This document shows, one piece after another, positions 57,111-64,000 of a stretch of 64,000 bases of DNA. This DNA comes from an uncultured Gemmatimonadaceae bacterium (GTDB taxonomy: Bacteria > Gemmatimonadota > Gemmatimonadetes > Gemmatimonadales > GWC2-71-9): contig CAZFHS010000017.1 of NCBI GenBank assembly GCA_964518955.1, forward strand, positions 34,789-98,788, in the 5' to 3' direction. Both the position numbers and the translations under genes were made by a program. How positions within the stretch are numbered: the first letter of the stretch is position 1; every line of letters starts with the position of its first letter. Under the pieces are notes generated by a model. It ran no database searches, was not told where the DNA came from, and saw only the letters and a program-made list of their open reading frames with translations.

Positions 57111-57271
57111 GAACCTGTGTCGAGCTGCCTCCTCGTGGGACCAAATATTGTCCGCTCGAGGTGACGAATCCGGATTGACCTGCATTGCTGCTGATGACGT
57201 AACTGTATGTATGTCAATATGTTACGGCATGTCGCTTGCGCGGCATCGTTTGTGCTAACCCACATGCTTGA

Positions 57272-58069
57272 ATGACCTCACAGCTGCTCGAGTATGTGTC
57301 ATTGAAGCTGGCAAGGCGCGCTGCCTTTGCGGGGGCGGTGTTGGTTTCGTGTGCTGCTGGCTGTGCTACCAAGAGTCCTTACGTACCGTTTTCGATATCC
57401 ACTGAAGAATTCCAGAAAACCGCCAATAGGATTGCGATCGCTCCGGTGCTTGCTCCAGAAGGCATCGAGGTGGCTGATTCGTCCCTCGCACAGATTGACG
57501 AGTTGATCGAGAGCGTTCTGCTTGGAGCCGGATATAGTTGTGTTTCTGTGAGCGAGTACACTGATGTGTGGGATCGCATTCTCACTCAAATGGGTGGTTT
57601 GTACGACTCTGTTTCAGGGGAAATCGACGAGCTGCGACTGGAGGTAGCGAGGGAGCAACACCGCCGCGACCTGTCCGACTTGTATCGGCCGGATTATGTA
57701 ATCTTCCCTGAGATTTGGTTCGTCCAGGCGGCGGCTAATGGCGGAGTAGCAAAATGGGACGGTGCGTCGCAACCCTTAGTCGGTTTCGGAACGAGAGTTC
57801 TGAATTTCATCGATGCAATGCTGAACCAATCCTACGGTTTTCTGCAGCCAGAAATGGTCAACGCCCTGTCGCTGGGCGTGGTTGTTGAGAATATGGATGG
57901 TGTCGAGGTCTTCGAGCATTCAGGCGGGATTGAGGTGCTGAAGCATCTGGATGATTCTGAGGGCTTCGATGCTGTTTTGAGAGACTCCCAACGCAATCTG
58001 CGTGCGGTTCAACTTGCGTTGCAGCCAATACTCCAGGTGCGGACAGAGAATCAATCTGATACCAGGTGA
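57272..58069 (+). CDS. Lipoprotein, function unknown
   Basis: 265 aa. Lipobox VLVSCAAGCAT. No family recognised with confidence. Confidence 0.6.
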   Translation: MTSQLLEYVSLKLARRAAFAGAVLVSCAAGCATKSPYVPFSISTEEFQKTANRIAIAPVLAPEGIEVADSSLAQIDELIESVLLGAGYSCVSVSEYTDVWDRILTQMGGLYDSVSGEIDELRLEVAREQHRRDLSDLYRPDYVIFPEIWFVQAAANGGVAKWDGASQPLVGFGTRVLNFIDAMLNQSYGFLQPEMVNALSLGVVVENMDGVEVFEHSGGIEVLKHLDDSEGFDAVLRDSQRNLRAVQLALQPILQVRTENQSDTR

Positions 58070-58704
58070 CCGGTCCGCCGCCGGTGGGGGCTGAGCAAGA
58101 ATCGCAAAGCCACATAATCGTACAGCGCATGTGCCATCACCGGCACCAGCAGGTTATCCGTCAGTATCATGAGCACGCCGAAGTAGGCTCCAATCAGGCC
58201 AGCAAACACGGCGTATGTGGGTGTGATCAAATGCGCCAAACCAAAGATCAGGCTAGACAGGGCCAGGGCCCATCCCAATCCCAGCCAGCCAGTCAACTCC
58301 GCTTGCAGAACTCCGCGGAATAGGCATTCCTCACCGATGCCAGCGAGAGCCGATACGAATAACAGATTCCGCGTCGATGCCCCGCGGAACAGAGGTACAA
58401 TCTGTTCCTCGACGTTGCGCATGAGTTCTTTGAGAATTCCAAGACTGGACCTCGAACACACCCACATGAAGAATGCGAGCGGGATGGTTGCCACAGTTCC
58501 CGCCAGGAGGCCGGCCCAATTTGCGTGAAGTAGCTCGAGAGGCGGCTCGTCTCCGATCCACCCCCATGTGAGGGCAACCAAGAAGATCGCGGCCTCGAAT
58601 GCGATCGCGAGTCGGATGATATTCCCGGATTCAGGAACTTCTCTACTCATTGGTGTGCTCATAAGTTGCCAACAATGTTGGCTCCACGTCGCATCTTGGG
58701 CCAC
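58051..58704 (-). CDS. CPBP-family (CAAX/Abi-like) intramembrane glutamic endopeptidase
   Basis: GIGEECLFRGVLQ (EExxxR), IFGLAHL, MAHALYDYV. Start uncertain (GTG 58704 or ATG 58662/58650). The 3' end overlaps the convergent lipoprotein gene by 19 bp. Confidence 0.8.
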   Translation of the reverse strand: MAQDATWSQHCWQLMSTPMSREVPESGNIIRLAIAFEAAIFLVALTWGWIGDEPPLELLHANWAGLLAGTVATIPLAFFMWVCSRSSLGILKELMRNVEEQIVPLFRGASTRNLLFVSALAGIGEECLFRGVLQAELTGWLGLGWALALSSLIFGLAHLITPTYAVFAGLIGAYFGVLMILTDNLLVPVMAHALYDYVALRFLLSPHRRRTGHLVSD

Positions 58705-58907
58705 CCCTCGCTATTTTCCTTGGGGCTCAGATGGAACTGCGAGCGTTCATATTGGTAATTGTAGGTAGCCGCTCATCTGAACGTCACCGGACAGTCCTTT
58801 TAAAGGCCCGGGTTTTACTTTGACAATCTGAGTGGGAAGAACAGCTGCAACTGGGTGGTGGTTTGGGGACGTCGGGAATGTATTACGTGAAAACAAGGAA
58901 AGTTGTA

Positions 58908-59855
58908 ATGCACCAAATGAAATTGAGATCGCTGGCTTGTGCCGGAATATTGTTGATCGGTACCGCAATGACGACCGATGCGTATGCGCAGAGTGATGCG
59001 GACATTCTCGATGCCGCTGCTGCCGGCAACGCAGGGATGATACAAACGTTATTGCAGCTGCAGGCCAATCCGAACGCTGTGGATTCGATGGGCTATTCGG
59101 CAGTAATGTATGCCGCCCAAAGTGGTTACACCGACGTAGTTCGCGTGCTGCTGGATGCCGGTGCAGATGTGAATGCCATCTCCAGTGAAGGCTGGACAGC
59201 GCTGCTCCTAACTGCTCTACAAGGCCAGGCTGAGACTGCGACTGAGTTGATGGCAAGAGGCGCCGATGCCACTATCACATTCGGGGGAGGTTTCACGGCT
59301 TTGATGGTCGCTTCCGCCCGCGGGCATGCTGAAGTTGCTGCGGCATTGTTGGAAGGTGGCTTGGACGTCGAAGCCACGCTGTCCGACGGGCGTACATCGC
59401 TGATGGCGGCTGCCGAGGGTGGCCACGTTGAAGTCATCAACACGCTGATTGAGCGCGGCGCCAATGTGAACGCTCGGGCGAACGGCGGCAGTACCGCCGC
59501 AATGGCTGCCTTGAGAAACGGGCATCTGGAAGCGGCGAAGGAACTGGCCGATGCCGGTGCGGAATTCATGGCTGGCCTTCCCTCGGTCGAATCTCCAACC
59601 GAACCGGCTTGTCCGCGCCCTCAATGGCCGGAGTCAGTCTGGGAGGCCGACATTACCGGGCAGATCGTAGTGGAGTTTGTAGTCGACGTGGAAGGGCTCA
59701 CCGAGGATTCTACCGTAACGTTGATCTCCACACCGCATCCTGACTTGGAGGAAGCGGCAAAAGTGATGTTTCAAGGTTGTGAATTCAACCCGGGTCATAT
59801 TGAGGGAACGCCTGTGCGCGTTAGGCTGCGACAGGGCTTTGCCGTAGGCGGGTAG
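58908..59855 (+). CDS. Secreted ankyrin-repeat protein fused to a TonB-C-terminal-like domain
   Basis: ORF 58863..59855. ATG 58908 follows AAGGAA. Signal peptide KLRSLACAGILLIGTAMTTDAYAQ. About six ANK units (..G.TALM.AA..GH.EV...LL..GA.VNA..). The C-terminus ITGQIVVEFVVDVEGL...EAAKVMFQGCEFNPGHIEGTPVRVRLRQGFAV is TonB_C-like. Confidence 0.8.
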   Translation: MHQMKLRSLACAGILLIGTAMTTDAYAQSDADILDAAAAGNAGMIQTLLQLQANPNAVDSMGYSAVMYAAQSGYTDVVRVLLDAGADVNAISSEGWTALLLTALQGQAETATELMARGADATITFGGGFTALMVASARGHAEVAAALLEGGLDVEATLSDGRTSLMAAAEGGHVEVINTLIERGANVNARANGGSTAAMAALRNGHLEAAKELADAGAEFMAGLPSVESPTEPACPRPQWPESVWEADITGQIVVEFVVDVEGLTEDSTVTLISTPHPDLEEAAKVMFQGCEFNPGHIEGTPVRVRLRQGFAVGG

Positions 59856-59875
59856 ACTGATTGCAGTGAGTTGGT

Positions 59876-59909
59876 GGGGGGGCGCATCAATCGATGCGCC
59901 CCCCCCTTT
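59876..59909 (+). terminator. Strong rho-independent terminator
   Basis: Perfect 13-bp stem GGGGGGGCGCATC (59876-59888) / GATGCGCCCCCCC (59893-59905), loop AATC, then TTTT (59906-59909). Confidence 0.85.
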
Positions 59910-59956
59910 TCCACTCATCCCCCTGCTTTACGACTCTCGTCGCTTGGCCCCATGCC

Positions 59957-62779
59957 CTACGGAGTCAGCCCAAGTCTCGCTTCAGTAGCACCGGCGAGAT
60001 GGATCCCATTGAAGAACAGCTTGAAGGTCCCGTGAGGTTGTCCTCGGTTGATCACCTCGGGGCCGTAGAGATACAGGTGGCCGTCACCAATCGATGTCTC
60101 CACGACCGTCACCCCACCTTTCAGCCGGTTCTGCCCCCAGGCCCATCCACTTCTCAGAGGTGTTTCAGTGTCGAACCAGGCAACTGGGTTGACACCGCGT
60201 GAATGAGCCTCAGGAAGCATGCGGAACACCGGGCTGTTGTTGAAGAAGAAATCGACGGTCTCATCCATGCCAAACGCCAGCGGATTCGTGTTGTCTACTC
60301 GGAGCCTGAGTACGGAACCGGGAACATAGTACTCGGCGGGAGTGAGTGGATTCCCGATGCCGTCTACGATGTGGTTGCTCAACGGCAGGTCGGCGTGACT
60401 GGCCATAGCAGTAGAAGAACCGATCGTAATTACCGTTCCTCCGTCGTTCATGAACTCCAACAACTGCGGGACAGTATTGGCAACGGTGACGTCACCGAGC
60501 CACTCCCGATATTCCCGTGGTATCGATTCGGGGTCCGGACTGCCACCAAAGTACCGCTCATATTCGTCTTGCTCGCGGTCTGCCGCGGGTATCGCGCCCG
60601 TGGGGAAGATGATGACATCAAACTTCGAACGAAGGTTCCCCGCATCGAGCGTCTGCGGATAGATAACTTGGTAGGGGAACTCGAACTGCTCCAACAGCCA
60701 ACGGGTCCAACCCGATGGCATTGAACCGCCGTACTCGTCCCACAGGCCAATGCGCACCGGGGCTAGCCGCAGTGCGGCAGCACCCGGCGGCGACGAAACC
60801 CCGACAAAGCTCAGGCCAAGTTCGTTTGCCCACTGGTTTAATTGCGCGTCGCCGATCTCCGAGGCCGGAACGTAGATGGTGCCAGCCTGTTGGTTTTCTC
60901 CGTCCACCGAAACCGGATCGGAAAGCCAGTAAACCTCTCGGTTGTCACCAAGGAGACGGTTGGTGACAATCGCCGCATCGTTTGCCTTGTGGCTCAGCAG
61001 AAAACCGGCAGCCCGGTCTGCACTTGAAACTGTACCTGCTACCGCAGACGCAAACCCTTCGATGACCTCGAATGGGCCATCGAATCCGTCGAGGATTCGA
61101 TCGAACTCAACCCCCATTTGGAATGCCAAAGTCCATCCCGCGTTGTCATATGGTGGAGTTGGCGGCGCTCCCTCGTACGCGAAATCGTTCGGATGATCCT
61201 GGGGTTCGAACATGTCCAAAACATGCGGGCGGAATGCCTGAGCGGTTTTTACTACAAACGACCCGGCCGGATAACGTGTGCCCGCAACGCCGAAAGCTGA
61301 GGTGGCCCGGTGTACGGTCACTCCGTTCTTGATGAGCGTGTTCACGAACTTCGCTGCGGTAGGAAAATCGGGTTGATCCGATGGCAGTATGTAGCCGCGC
61401 GGGTCACGATCATCGGGTTTTTGAAGCAACTCATAGTACTCGGCGGGCACCCCACGCGAGAAGTATCCGTTAAACGGGCCCTGCAGCAATGCATCCAACT
61501 CGGCATCGAGGCCGTCTGCCCTCAACGAGTCGTAGAGGTCTTCAATACGCGTCGGGTGGAGCGTCCAGTGATCGCGACTGCCGCGGTCTATGGAATTCGC
61601 ACCCATCGTGTATATGTTGAGCAGCAAGGTCTCACGGTACCGTGATGCGTAGTCGATGATTGCCTTGTCGGCCGTGATGCAGTAGTCGATGGACTGGCGG
61701 AAATGCCACGTTTGGGGTTCGAGCGGGTACACTATCGACGGCGTCGGGAGGATCTTGTTGGGCATGAACGGGATCTCGATTGGTGTTGGGTTCCCGTTGG
61801 TTTCGGTCAAGATCCCTACGATGTTGTGAAAGTACGCCGTGGTCCGCAAACCCCCATTCCACCATGTCGAGAATGGGCCTCCGTCGCGCATCGCTGTGCC
61901 GGGCTTGCCCTCGAGCACAAATCGGCTGTGCATCGCGTTGCCCACCATCTCGATCCCCAACAAGATCAAGGGGTCGAAATTGTAGTTGAACGGATCGCGA
62001 AACGGCGGAGCCCACATGATCGTACCAGACGGTCCTGTCTGATGGTGGTTGTACATGATCTGCGGCATCCACTCTCGATACAGGATACGCGCCATGTTCT
62101 CCGTTTCCGGTTGAGTGACCATGTATGAGTCGCGATTGTTGTCGTGGCCCACATACTCGTGATACAGTGTCGGCAATCCCGATGTGCGTCGCTCTGTGGG
62201 ATTCTCTTTCCGCATATACCAATTCGACACCATCTCCATGCCATCCGGATTGGCTGGTACGAGAAGCAGTATTACGTCGTCTAGGAACCTCATGGTTTCG
62301 TCGTCTGAGCGGGACACCATCTGATACGCCAACTCTATGAGCTGTTGTGCCCCAACGATTTCCGTACCGTGAAGTCCGCCGTCGATCCACACTACGGCTC
62401 GACCTTCTTTCGCAAGCGCTCTCGCTTCCTCACTGGATATTCCCTCAGCGAGCGCGAGCCGGCGTGCGATTTCATTGTACCGCGCGAGGTTTGCATGGTT
62501 TTCGGGGGAAGTAATGATCGCCATGACCTGCTGGCGGCCTTGGGCGGTTGGGCCGATCTCCTCGACCACCATCCTGGGTGACTCTCGTTCCAAAACGCTC
62601 CAGTACTCCATCAACTCGGTGTAGTTCGCCAGATAGTAGTCGTCGCCTATGTTGGCGCCGAGGTGCCCTATGGGAGATGTAATGCGCTGCTGTGCTGTTG
62701 CCGGTGTAAGGATGCCGGCGGATGCCATGCAACACATCAGAACGACTAAGAACGCGTCTTTTCGGGACGATTCACGCAT
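59957..62779 (-). CDS. Secreted M14-family zinc carboxypeptidase-like protein (940 aa, large C-terminal extension)
   Basis: Signal peptide FLVVLMCCMASAGILTPATAQ. HxxE zinc motif in VVWIDGGLHGTEIVGAQ. NPDG, HHQTG. Confidence 0.85.
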   Translation of the reverse strand: MRESSRKDAFLVVLMCCMASAGILTPATAQQRITSPIGHLGANIGDDYYLANYTELMEYWSVLERESPRMVVEEIGPTAQGRQQVMAIITSPENHANLARYNEIARRLALAEGISSEEARALAKEGRAVVWIDGGLHGTEIVGAQQLIELAYQMVSRSDDETMRFLDDVILLLVPANPDGMEMVSNWYMRKENPTERRTSGLPTLYHEYVGHDNNRDSYMVTQPETENMARILYREWMPQIMYNHHQTGPSGTIMWAPPFRDPFNYNFDPLILLGIEMVGNAMHSRFVLEGKPGTAMRDGGPFSTWWNGGLRTTAYFHNIVGILTETNGNPTPIEIPFMPNKILPTPSIVYPLEPQTWHFRQSIDYCITADKAIIDYASRYRETLLLNIYTMGANSIDRGSRDHWTLHPTRIEDLYDSLRADGLDAELDALLQGPFNGYFSRGVPAEYYELLQKPDDRDPRGYILPSDQPDFPTAAKFVNTLIKNGVTVHRATSAFGVAGTRYPAGSFVVKTAQAFRPHVLDMFEPQDHPNDFAYEGAPPTPPYDNAGWTLAFQMGVEFDRILDGFDGPFEVIEGFASAVAGTVSSADRAAGFLLSHKANDAAIVTNRLLGDNREVYWLSDPVSVDGENQQAGTIYVPASEIGDAQLNQWANELGLSFVGVSSPPGAAALRLAPVRIGLWDEYGGSMPSGWTRWLLEQFEFPYQVIYPQTLDAGNLRSKFDVIIFPTGAIPAADREQDEYERYFGGSPDPESIPREYREWLGDVTVANTVPQLLEFMNDGGTVITIGSSTAMASHADLPLSNHIVDGIGNPLTPAEYYVPGSVLRLRVDNTNPLAFGMDETVDFFFNNSPVFRMLPEAHSRGVNPVAWFDTETPLRSGWAWGQNRLKGGVTVVETSIGDGHLYLYGPEVINRGQPHGTFKLFFNGIHLAGATEARLGLTP

Positions 62780-62957
62780 AGTCTTTGTCCTCGATCAGGT
62801 GGGAAGGGGCCGGGGTTGCCTGAAATATAGTCCGCCACGTTGCGTCTGCTCTCGATACTCCCCCAATTGGCCAGTCATGGTACTCTGGTGCGCGGTGTCC
62901 ACTCGGTTAGATTGGTATCAACACCCACGAAACCAAGACCAATTTCAGGAGTGATCC

Positions 62958-64000
62958 ATGTTACGGGAAAGCAAACTGCGCTTGTCTGCCGTCGCTTTCT
63001 GTGGTGTGTCGGCTTTGGTGATGGCGTGCGCCGGCGACGCTGAAGAAGATCCTGGCTACACTCACGTAATTGCACCCTCGGAAATCGTGCAATTCGCAGC
63101 CGACGGATCGCTCGAGAGAATTCAAGACGTTGCGGTTGCGGTATCGGGTGAGGTGTGGGCGCTCCAGCGGGTTCGTGCACCGCATCTATTCGTGTACTCG
63201 TCAGATGGCGATTTGCACGACTCGTTTGCACAGGATGGATCGGATAGAAACCAGTTGCGCAATCCCTACAATCTGTTGCCCAATGAGGATCAGGGGTTTC
63301 CGATGGCGGTGTGGGATGCCGGAAACCGTAGGGTCTCGACGTTTAATCCTTACGGTAGGGCCTCAGTCGTTCAGGTGACTCGCTCCAGAGGCCAGGTCTA
63401 CGCCGAGATCGAAGAGCACACGTATGGCAAGCCACTTGCCATGTCACGGCTCGGTGACAATTACCTGCTCCAGGATCACTCAGATGGGCTTGCCTTCACA
63501 GTCGATTACTTGCGGGCTGAGCTGCTGCGGCTAGGTGGCAGCGGTGAACTAGTCGACACACTCATTGATTTCGAGAGAGAGTTTGCGGATTCCATTGCCG
63601 CACTTGGACGCGACGTCAATTTCCTGACTCCAATCCCGCTTTGGGCAACGTGTGGCGACGGTGAAATGGCCATGCTGGCACCCTTTACGAGGGAGCTTCG
63701 TTGGTATGGCTCTGACGGTGAGATACTGACGACTGAAACAGTCGAGATTCCGGCCCGCGAGATCACCGAGGAAGATCAGCGTGCTTTCTGGAAGCAGCGC
63801 TTCGAGACTCAATGGTACGAACAGCAGCAAGGCGAGCCTGACTCAACCATCATTGCCAACTCCGTAGACAACTACATGCTGCGCCACCTGGATCAGTTGT
63901 CTGAGGTGGCGCCTCCGGCAGTCGGGATGATGTGCGCCGGTGGGCGTGAAGTTTGGCTGCAGGAGTTTTCCACGGCCGACCATCCGCTGGGGCTAGGCCT
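62958..64000 (+). CDS. Lipoprotein, function unknown; 5' part only (runs off window end)
   Basis: Not in the ORF track. ATG 62958 lies 6 nt after AGGAG. Manual translation gives MLRESKLRLSAVAFCGVSALVMACAGDAEED... and stays open to position 64000 (347 codons). Confidence 0.7.
   Translation, partial: MLRESKLRLSAVAFCGVSALVMACAGDAEEDPGYTHVIAPSEIVQFAADGSLERIQDVAVAVSGEVWALQRVRAPHLFVYSSDGDLHDSFAQDGSDRNQLRNPYNLLPNEDQGFPMAVWDAGNRRVSTFNPYGRASVVQVTRSRGQVYAEIEEHTYGKPLAMSRLGDNYLLQDHSDGLAFTVDYLRAELLRLGGSGELVDTLIDFEREFADSIAALGRDVNFLTPIPLWATCGDGEMAMLAPFTRELRWYGSDGEILTTETVEIPAREITEEDQRAFWKQRFETQWYEQQQGEPDSTIIANSVDNYMLRHLDQLSEVAPPAVGMMCAGGREVWLQEFSTADHPLGLG

Noticed and set aside
57131-57161. Hairpin CCTCGtgGGAC-caaatatt-GTCCgctCGAGG after the fumarase gene as a terminator
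   Set aside because: The stem is plausible, but it has internal mismatches and no following T-run. I did not list it as a feature, though it may still be a factor-dependent stop.
1-64000. Mobile element, prophage or classical defence island (restriction-modification, CBASS, retron, toxin-antitoxin pairs, Cas genes)
   Set aside because: I recognised no integrase, transposase, recombinase, phage structural gene, flanking tRNA or long direct or inverted terminal repeats. The gene content is metabolic, envelope and regulatory. The only defence-like candidate is the single RelA/SpoT-domain gene reported above.

Overview
This is a dense, two-stranded chromosomal segment with about 45 protein genes and roughly 57-60% GC by eye, from a diderm bacterium. 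The gene content looks Gemmatimonadota/Acidobacteriota-like: three PadR + ADOP-type duplicated FtsX permease modules, two ~1,050-aa sortilin/BNR-repeat exoproteins, a CBM9/DUF5916 gene, and many lipoproteins and secreted peptidases. That placement is inference only. I recognised no rRNA, tRNA, CRISPR array, transposase, integrase or phage gene, so the window reads as ordinary chromosome rather than a mobile or defence island. Two edge-truncated genes are absent from the ORF track and were recovered by hand: an M24 peptidase (1-897, minus) and a lipoprotein (62958-64000, plus). I did not find a clear multi-gene novel system. The observations most worth a second look are: (1) a full-length CBM9/DUF5916 gene broken only by two in-frame TAG codons, with the frame and conserved downstream sequence intact; (2) a stand-alone RelA/SpoT (small alarmone synthetase-like) protein with an uncharacterised C-terminal domain; (3) short-period (7- or 9-nt) micro-tandem arrays in at least six intergenic spacers, often arranged as inverted arms, two of them strongly G-quadruplex-prone and flanking one gene; (4) a SAM-II-like pseudoknot plus terminator upstream of a fused homocysteine methyltransferase/MTHFR gene; (5) three PadR-ADOP orphan-permease modules, all with the same ATGA stop/start overlap. 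All family calls come from motif recognition by eye. No database search or RNA folding was run.
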